64,000 nucleotides of DNA from an uncultured virus (IMG/VR IMGVR_UViG_3300027749_002987) (taxonomy: Duplodnaviria > Heunggongvirae > Uroviricota > Caudoviricetes), in IMG/VR virus record IMGVR_UViG_3300027749_002987. One strand, 5' to 3'. Shown piece by piece: positions 58,039-64,000 of the stretch. The notes beneath the pieces were generated by a model that saw nothing but the letters and a program-made list of their open reading frames with translations, ran no database searches and had not been told where the DNA came from. Position numbers and translations under genes: made by a program. Within the stretch, counting starts at the first letter, position 1. Each line of letters begins with the position of its first letter.

Positions 58039-58617
58039 ATGAAAATTATTGACAACGCATTATCCCCTTTAGTTTTTCAAAAATTACAAAAAGAAGTAAT
58101 GGGTTGGACTTTTCCTTGGTTTTGGGGTAGGGTAGTCGCTGAGGATACTAGCATACATCCATCATTATACGGATGGAGCCATACGTTGTTTGATGAAGGT
58201 AGACCAGTTGGCAGATTATGGGAGCCATTAGAACTAGGTATACTAAATGCCCTAGACACAACCGGCCACAATATAAAAACAATTCACCGGGTGCGTCTGG
58301 TGCTGAACACTGCATCCGATCAAGCAAGATTAAACGGTGAGCATGTAGATTTTGATTTCCCGCATAACACGGCATTGCTTTATCTAAATGACTCTGACGG
58401 CGATACTGTTATTTACAATGAACAATTTGATTCATCGGCTAATCTAAACGCAATAGCATATCGTAAGAAATTTTTAGCAGATACATTAACTCCGCTAATT
58501 ACTATACAACCTGAAGAAAACAAACTAGTATGGTTTAACGGATTGCATTATCACACAGGCACTTTGCCAACAACAACTGCTAGACGTGTGGTAATGAATA
58601 TCAATTACTCAACATAA
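58039..58617 (+). CDS. 2OG-Fe(II) oxygenase
   Basis: HVD, YLNDSDGDT, H, RVVMNIN. Confidence 0.8.
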   Translation: MKIIDNALSPLVFQKLQKEVMGWTFPWFWGRVVAEDTSIHPSLYGWSHTLFDEGRPVGRLWEPLELGILNALDTTGHNIKTIHRVRLVLNTASDQARLNGEHVDFDFPHNTALLYLNDSDGDTVIYNEQFDSSANLNAIAYRKKFLADTLTPLITIQPEENKLVWFNGLHYHTGTLPTTTARRVVMNINYST

Positions 58618-58626
58618 AGGAAAAAC

Positions 58627-58887
58627 ATGAGAGCAAGTCACATTTTGGTAGATACTATTGCACAAGCAGAAACAATTTTGGCAGAAGCTAATGCATTGAA
58701 TTTTGGACAGTTGGCACAACAACACAGCAAGTGCCCAAGTAAAGCCTCAGGCGGTGACCTGGGTGTATTTAATCCTGGACAGATGGTCAAGCCGTTCGAA
58801 GATGCTACTTTGGCAACTCCTGTCGGATCTATAAGTCAGCCGGTACAAACACAGTTTGGTTATCATTTGATTCACCGTACTGGTTAA
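58627..58887 (+). CDS. ppiC: parvulin peptidyl-prolyl isomerase
   Basis: ASHILV, SKCPS, GGDLG, TQFGYHLI. Confidence 0.93.
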   Translation: MRASHILVDTIAQAETILAEANALNFGQLAQQHSKCPSKASGGDLGVFNPGQMVKPFEDATLATPVGSISQPVQTQFGYHLIHRTG

Positions 58888-58891
58888 TATA

Positions 58892-59458
58892 ATGAATGTC
58901 ATTGTAGATCAAAACGATCTTTGCCGCAAGTATGATTATAGTAGCTTGATTACAGCTACTGAAAACGAAACTGCTATAAGCACTATAGAGAGTATAATCG
59001 AAGCCGGCCATTACTTTAAGAATAGTCCGCCCTATCAGACAAATCAAAATTTGTTTCAAAGGGAGGAACCTATTTGGTTAAAGTTACGTATGACATTTTT
59101 AGCCAGTGTGTTTATGTACTTGGGTAAAGAGCATAGAGTTAGCAATATGATGGCTTGGTCATTTAGAACTAATCAGACAACACAAACAGATCGAGCTAAT
59201 CAATGGCATCATCACGAGAAACATCATTGGTCTAGTATTAGTGGTATTATGTATTTGCATATACCCGATGATGTTAAAGATTGGGATACTTGCGGAACTG
59301 AGATGGCACCAAATGGTCCCGAAGGTCCCGGTAAGTTTTTTGTTCGCCCAAGTTACTTTACTTGGCTGATATATCCTAGTAAACTATGGCATAGACCGGG
59401 AATTCCGCAGAGTGACAAGAATCGATTTATATTAGCCGCAGACGTAGAATATCAATAA
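58892..59458 (+). CDS. 2OG-Fe(II)-oxygenase-like protein
   Basis: WHHH, SGIMYL, YPS.LWH, RF. Confidence 0.65.
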   Translation: MNVIVDQNDLCRKYDYSSLITATENETAISTIESIIEAGHYFKNSPPYQTNQNLFQREEPIWLKLRMTFLASVFMYLGKEHRVSNMMAWSFRTNQTTQTDRANQWHHHEKHHWSSISGIMYLHIPDDVKDWDTCGTEMAPNGPEGPGKFFVRPSYFTWLIYPSKLWHRPGIPQSDKNRFILAADVEYQ

Positions 59459-60000
59459 TGACAACATTTACAACTGAAGACCGCATGCAGGCAGAACACA
59501 AGCCGATCATTTATCTAGATATGGATGATGTAGTGGCAGACTGGATACCGGAGGCTAAGGCTATAGTAAACAGAGACTGGACCTATGGCAGTGACCGTGT
59601 TAGTGATGAGGATTGGAACAAGGTCAAGGCCAAACAACGATTCTATCGTGATTTGCCATTAAAGGCGGGTGCTACTGAATTAGTTGAATACTGTCGTAGT
59701 GCATTGTCTAACGGTCTAGCCAGTGATCTACGTTTCTTAACAGCACTGCCTCGTGGCAACGATGTGCCGTATGCCGTGTACGATAAAGTACGTTGGGCAG
59801 ACAAGTATTTTCCGGGTATCCCTATGCTGATAGGCCCTTACAGTCAGGACAAGTGGCAACATTGCACCCCCGGTGATATCTTAATCGATGATCGTGTCAG
59901 CAACTGTGAAGAATGGGCTCGAGCAGGCGGACAATCACATATCTACCGCACCTGGGAGGCTTGCCAGCCTTGGTTAGAAAATGTCTTGACAACTAGGTAA
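59458..60000 (+). CDS. 5'(3')-deoxyribonucleotidase (HAD)
   Basis: YLDMDDV, LIDD. Confidence 0.85.
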   Translation: MTTFTTEDRMQAEHKPIIYLDMDDVVADWIPEAKAIVNRDWTYGSDRVSDEDWNKVKAKQRFYRDLPLKAGATELVEYCRSALSNGLASDLRFLTALPRGNDVPYAVYDKVRWADKYFPGIPMLIGPYSQDKWQHCTPGDILIDDRVSNCEEWARAGGQSHIYRTWEACQPWLENVLTTR

Positions 60001-60034
60001 CTTTGTTATATAATGTAATTTTAATAGGGTAGAT

Positions 60035-60331
60035 ATGATAAAACTAAATGCACCTCGTAAACCACTTGACCTTAGTCGTGGCCCATCAATTGATACTGAA
60101 AAATGTATTGCACAAGTAGGTGGTAATAGGTTTAATCTAGTATTGATTGCCGCTACACGAGCACGTGAAATTAAACGTGGACACAGCACCAGCGAACAGC
60201 GAGAACACGTACACAGCAATATCACTGCTCTGCAAGAAATCCAAGAAGGCAAGATTGGAATAGAATATCTCAAGAAGATGAAGTTTAATGAACCGCGCAA
60301 CATGGTAGATCGCGGCGCAAAATTCAAATAG
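60035..60331 (+). CDS. rpoZ: RNA polymerase omega subunit
   Basis: NRFNLVLIAATRAREI...ALQEI.EGKI. Confidence 0.88.
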   Translation: MIKLNAPRKPLDLSRGPSIDTEKCIAQVGGNRFNLVLIAATRAREIKRGHSTSEQREHVHSNITALQEIQEGKIGIEYLKKMKFNEPRNMVDRGAKFK

Positions 60332-60405
60332 GAAGTTAGCTCAGTTGGTAGAGCGTCTGCCTTACACGCAGAATGTCGTCGGTTCGACCCCGGCACTTCC
60401 TACCA
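60330..60405 (+). tRNA. tRNA-Val(TAC)
   Basis: Cloverleaf; overlaps the rpoZ stop codon. Confidence 0.92.
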
Positions 60406-60421
60406 TTAATAGGTGTAGTAT

Positions 60422-61957
60422 ATGCATATAGTCATTGTCGGTGGTGGTACAGCAGGATGGTTGGCAGCTTCATTGCTGATCAATAAACATCCCGGAACTC
60501 ATAATGTTACCATTTTAGAATCCAGTAAATTTGGTATCATTGGTGTAGGCGAAGCTACTACAGGATTCTTTACTGACATTATTGTGCATGAACTAAGTAA
60601 AGACTTCGGAGCCAATCACGATGAGTTCATGCTTGAAACAGGCTCCACTCTTAAATTTGGTATTAAACATAAAGGTTGGACTCCTAACCTAGACGAACAT
60701 TATATTGGTCCGATTGACGGTAGCTTTACCAGCCATGAATCTCCTGATATAATGTTTGCCTATGCACTCACACAACTACCTAAAGAAAAACTAACATCAA
60801 TAACATACACCGGATCTATCATAGATGCAGGAACTTGTAATTGGGCTCGAGGTAAAAGATTCACAAAACATACTCATGCACTACAAGTAAATGGCCAACT
60901 GGTAGGTCAATACTTTAAAAAACTTTGTTTAAAGAAACCAAACGTTACACACGTTGATAGTGAAATAACAGAAATTAATCTAAATGAACAAGGATTGATT
61001 AGTTCATTAAGTTTATCAAATGGCACTACACTAGCCGCAGACTTTTTTATTGATTGCTCGGGATTCAGTCGTGTGCTGATGAATAAGGTTGGGGGCAAGT
61101 GGACCAGTTACAAAAAACACTTGCCAGTCAATACAGGTATGCCATTCTTACAAAAATACAAGCCGGGCGAAAAACCTGTGCCCTATTCGCTAGCGTGGGC
61201 TCAAAAGAATGGCTGGCTTTGGCAAACTACTCTAATGGATCGCACAGGTAACGGATACATCTTTGATGACAACTTTACTACTGTAGATAAGGCACAGGAA
61301 GAAATTGAAACCTTACTAGGGCATCCAATTGAGCCTATCAAAATTTTAAAATTTGAATCAGGCAGGCAGGAAAATGCTTGGGTTAAAAATTGCGTATGCG
61401 TTGGGTTGAGCTATGCATTTTTAGAACCGCTAGAAGCTACTAGTATCCACACAAGTATTTTACAAATCAAAGCATTTGTAAATGAGTATCTAAGACCTAC
61501 TCTAGACGAAACAATGAACCAAGGCTCAATGAATCTATATAATAGTCGCATGGCTATGATGTATGATACCTTGAAAGACTTCTTGGTCATGCACTATATG
61601 GGCGGACGTACTGACAGTGAGTTTTGGAGATATATCGCAACTGGTGCAACTAAAACTGATTTTGTCACTGACATACTAGAAACTGCCAAAGTACGATTGC
61701 CCAGTACAAATGACTTTACAAAGTTTTGGGGTAATGCTGGCTGGCCGCTTTGGAGTTACATCATGGCCGGAGTTGGAGTTTTGAATAAGCAAGCGGCTTT
61801 GAATGAATTTAAAACTCCTGAAGAATTTCTTATTACTAGAGACACCTACAATAAATTTAGATTCCAACTAGAATCTCAATTCAAAGATCAATACTCATAC
61901 GATGATTTTATTGAGCATTTACGTGAACAGCGTAAACTTAAAGGATTTAGTGATTGA
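60422..61957 (+). CDS. tryptophan-halogenase-family flavoprotein
   Basis: GGGTAGW, GVGEAT, FIDCSGF, FLEPLEATSI. Confidence 0.88.
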   Translation: MHIVIVGGGTAGWLAASLLINKHPGTHNVTILESSKFGIIGVGEATTGFFTDIIVHELSKDFGANHDEFMLETGSTLKFGIKHKGWTPNLDEHYIGPIDGSFTSHESPDIMFAYALTQLPKEKLTSITYTGSIIDAGTCNWARGKRFTKHTHALQVNGQLVGQYFKKLCLKKPNVTHVDSEITEINLNEQGLISSLSLSNGTTLAADFFIDCSGFSRVLMNKVGGKWTSYKKHLPVNTGMPFLQKYKPGEKPVPYSLAWAQKNGWLWQTTLMDRTGNGYIFDDNFTTVDKAQEEIETLLGHPIEPIKILKFESGRQENAWVKNCVCVGLSYAFLEPLEATSIHTSILQIKAFVNEYLRPTLDETMNQGSMNLYNSRMAMMYDTLKDFLVMHYMGGRTDSEFWRYIATGATKTDFVTDILETAKVRLPSTNDFTKFWGNAGWPLWSYIMAGVGVLNKQAALNEFKTPEEFLITRDTYNKFRFQLESQFKDQYSYDDFIEHLREQRKLKGFSD

Positions 61958-62010
61958 CAGCTCTGTTAATACCTGCTATAATACATACATAGCAACAAAC
62001 AGAGAGCGAT

Positions 62011-62409
62011 ATGGAATTTTATATTGAAGCTGGCTCTAGCACCAAAAGATACATTGAAGCACTGTTACCCTCAATGTTAGCTCAATTAAAGTTAACCAAA
62101 AGTAAGAAACTCTTACATATCAAGATTGACAAAGAGCTAGAAGAAAATGGAACTACAGTTCCGTTGTTAGGTATTGACACTATTCTTGTCGTGCTTAAAC
62201 CCACTCGCAATCGAGTAGATTTTGGTGTAACACTTGCGCACGAATTGACACACGTAGCACAGTTTGCCAAAGGCATTCTAAAGCCTTCACCCAAGGGACT
62301 TAAATGGAAGGGTAAATTCTACGGAAGAAGTGTTGCGTATTTGCAACAACCTTGGGAAATAGATGCATTCAGTAAACAAGAATTGATATTTCGTAGAGCA
62401 ATTGATTGA
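62011..62409 (+). CDS. zincin-like (HEXXH) protein
   Basis: AHELTH...PWE; sigma70 promoter upstream. Confidence 0.7.
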   Translation: MEFYIEAGSSTKRYIEALLPSMLAQLKLTKSKKLLHIKIDKELEENGTTVPLLGIDTILVVLKPTRNRVDFGVTLAHELTHVAQFAKGILKPSPKGLKWKGKFYGRSVAYLQQPWEIDAFSKQELIFRRAID

Positions 62410-62465
62410 CGTGTCTGCCAACAGGCAGTATAATTAACACATACAGAAACACACAGGAGCGAAAA

Positions 62466-62657
62466 ATGGCATTTAAAATTTTAGGAAGAACAGCAGACTT
62501 GTATCAAGGCTATGGCCCTTTGCCTAAACTTGAAGGTCCATTTTTGGTTGCAGGACGTATTCTGTATTACGATCCAAAAGAAGGCAAGTACTGGGATCCA
62601 AAAACAGATTTCTACGTGCCACATGATGACTATTTTCGGTTAGTAGGTTTGATGTAA
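62466..62657 (+). CDS. small hypothetical protein
   Basis: AGGAG RBS; LEGPF...YYDPKEG.YWDP. Confidence 0.65.
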   Translation: MAFKILGRTADLYQGYGPLPKLEGPFLVAGRILYYDPKEGKYWDPKTDFYVPHDDYFRLVGLM

Positions 62658-62667
62658 GGAGTGGGAA

Positions 62668-62925
62668 ATGAAAGAAGTAAGAAAAATTTCAGAAGGTGAA
62701 TTAGTGTGCTTTACGCACACACACCGCCGTATTGGTAGAAAGCCTCGTGGCTATAAACCCCATACCGAAAAAATAGTCGGTACTGTTGTTAAAGTTAATC
62801 GTACCAACATGGTTGTATTAGAAAACTTGTTCAGTGACGAAGAAGAAATTGTGGGCCCAAGTTTATTTTTTACTCGTTGGACTGTTTGGAAAAACAAAGT
62901 TCGTAGGTATAATATAGATGTATAG
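62668..62925 (+). CDS. hypothetical protein
   Basis: AAGGAG RBS. Confidence 0.55.
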   Translation: MKEVRKISEGELVCFTHTHRRIGRKPRGYKPHTEKIVGTVVKVNRTNMVVLENLFSDEEEIVGPSLFFTRWTVWKNKVRRYNIDV

Positions 62926-63145
62926 AGTAATAGGAAAAGAAGAAACATTCAAAGTACTTACACTAGCCGAGGCAATGAACGTTGCTAAGAGTATGGACGA
63001 GTTTGTAACCATCAAAGGTCCAGACTTTGAAATTGTAGGTATGTTTGGTGTAGACACGATTAAGGATGGCAAGTGCCCGGATGGCATTGCCTATGATTGG
63101 AACAAATCGAGCCGGATTGGTCGAGTAAAGAAAGAACGTGTATGA
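62918..63145 (+). CDS. hypothetical protein
   Basis: Coupled ORF. Confidence 0.6.
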   Translation: MYRVIGKEETFKVLTLAEAMNVAKSMDEFVTIKGPDFEIVGMFGVDTIKDGKCPDGIAYDWNKSSRIGRVKKERV

Positions 63146-63309
63146 AGATTAAATTTGATAAAGATACAATGCCTGACGAATTGTACAATTCGCTATTACA
63201 GCATTTTGTAAACGAAGCAGTTGGACTGGGTGTAGAAGTCGACAAGTTTACCCAGTTTAATAACTGGGTCGTTGAATGTACTGTAGACGCAAAAGAAGCG
63301 GTGCATTAA
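63142..63309 (+). CDS. hypothetical protein
   Basis: ATGA-coupled ORF. Confidence 0.55.
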   Translation: MKIKFDKDTMPDELYNSLLQHFVNEAVGLGVEVDKFTQFNNWVVECTVDAKEAVH

Positions 63310-63776
63310 TGCCTAGGTGTTACCAACTAATTGGAGTGCCAGGCGCTGGAAAAAGTACTTGGATCAAAGATCAAATTTGGGCTTTGGGTTTGACCGTAGT
63401 TAGCACAGATTCGTTTGTAGAAGACTATGCAAGAGAGCAGGGTAAAACTTATTCTGAAGTATTTACAGACTACATGCCCCGAGCAGTTGAGCTTATGGCT
63501 GAACAAGTTGTATTTGCACGTGAGCACGACCATACTATAATTTGGGATCAAACTAGTACTACTATTGCTAGTCGTGCTAAGAAGTTTCGAATGTTGCCTG
63601 ACTATGAACATATTGCGGTAGTATTTCCTACACCTGAGCATACAGAACTTGTTCGTAGACTGGCAAGTCGTTGGGAGTCTGGAAAAATTGTACCAGAACA
63701 TGTTGTTGCTAGTATGATTGCCAGTTGGGAAGATCCAACCGAAGAAGAAGGTTTTAAAGAAATTTGGAGAACATGA
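63309..63776 (+). CDS. P-loop kinase (polynucleotide kinase-like)
   Basis: GVPGAGKST, WDQT, RRL..R lid. Confidence 0.8.
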   Translation: MPRCYQLIGVPGAGKSTWIKDQIWALGLTVVSTDSFVEDYAREQGKTYSEVFTDYMPRAVELMAEQVVFAREHDHTIIWDQTSTTIASRAKKFRMLPDYEHIAVVFPTPEHTELVRRLASRWESGKIVPEHVVASMIASWEDPTEEEGFKEIWRT

Positions 63777-64000
63777 TGCCATGGATTGAAAATGTAGCTG
63801 CCTCTGATATCCCAATTGGGTTCCATCATGCGGCTGGCCCTAATAGTATGCTGATCAGTATTACCGACCCTGCCTCATGGCGCCCTGAAGCCAAGCACCA
63901 ATTCAAAGAGCGTCATAACTTTGAGTTCTTGGACATCGAAGAAAAAGACTTTGCCTTGGACGAAGCCATGCGTTGTAGTCCGGAGCAGGCCGCTGAGCTT
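63776..64000 (+). CDS. probable protein-tyrosine-phosphatase-like protein (runs off the window)
   Basis: MPWIENV...LISITDP...FLD open to the window end; catalytic motif not visible. Confidence 0.5.
   Translation, partial: MPWIENVAASDIPIGFHHAAGPNSMLISITDPASWRPEAKHQFKERHNFEFLDIEEKDFALDEAMRCSPEQAAEL

Noticed and set aside
1..64000. Bacterial chromosome origin
   Set aside because: Host-like genes lack their usual operon context and are mixed with PAAR, tail fibre genes and recurring TAAATA late promoters.
1..64000. Stop-codon reassignment
   Set aside because: Genes are full length in the standard code with all three stops in use, and no suppressor tRNA was found.

Overview
A 64 kb segment of a large T4-related (TAAATA late promoter) jumbo bacteriophage, probably aquatic and infecting a proteobacterium (inferred from DnaK, IscU, CspA and tmRNA character). 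1-12 kb: late, probably virion/head-associated genes, two pol-beta-type nucleotidyltransferases, 2OG-Fe(II) paralogs, an exonuclease and a tail fibre. 12-29 kb: nrdA/nrdB/grx, PAAR, iscU/iscA, cell-wall hydrolase, ribosomal S21, dnaK, small HSP, clpS, heme oxygenase and a PcyX-like reductase. 29-45 kb: envelope/metabolic genes (SBP, DAACS symporter, Asp/Glu racemase, plcP-agt-like pair, GH19, desaturase, porin), cspA and a permuted two-piece tmRNA. 45.7-60.4 kb: 35 tRNA genes covering all 20 amino acids, mixed with structured ncRNA candidates, a DUF2828/vWA (Ro60/TROVE-like) gene, many 2OG oxygenases and rpoZ. The best candidates for a new system are three linked features. (1) A family of covarying 'stem-ACAGCAA' RNAs that carry anticodon-arm mimics, lie in an operon with the Ro60-like gene, and occur once in permuted form inside a tRNA-Asp. 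(2) A 49-codon leader peptide using all 20 amino acids, coupled to an antiterminator/terminator switch in front of the tRNA array. (3) Two A-AAA-AAG candidate -1 frameshifts. All protein calls rest on motif recognition by eye, with no database searches.
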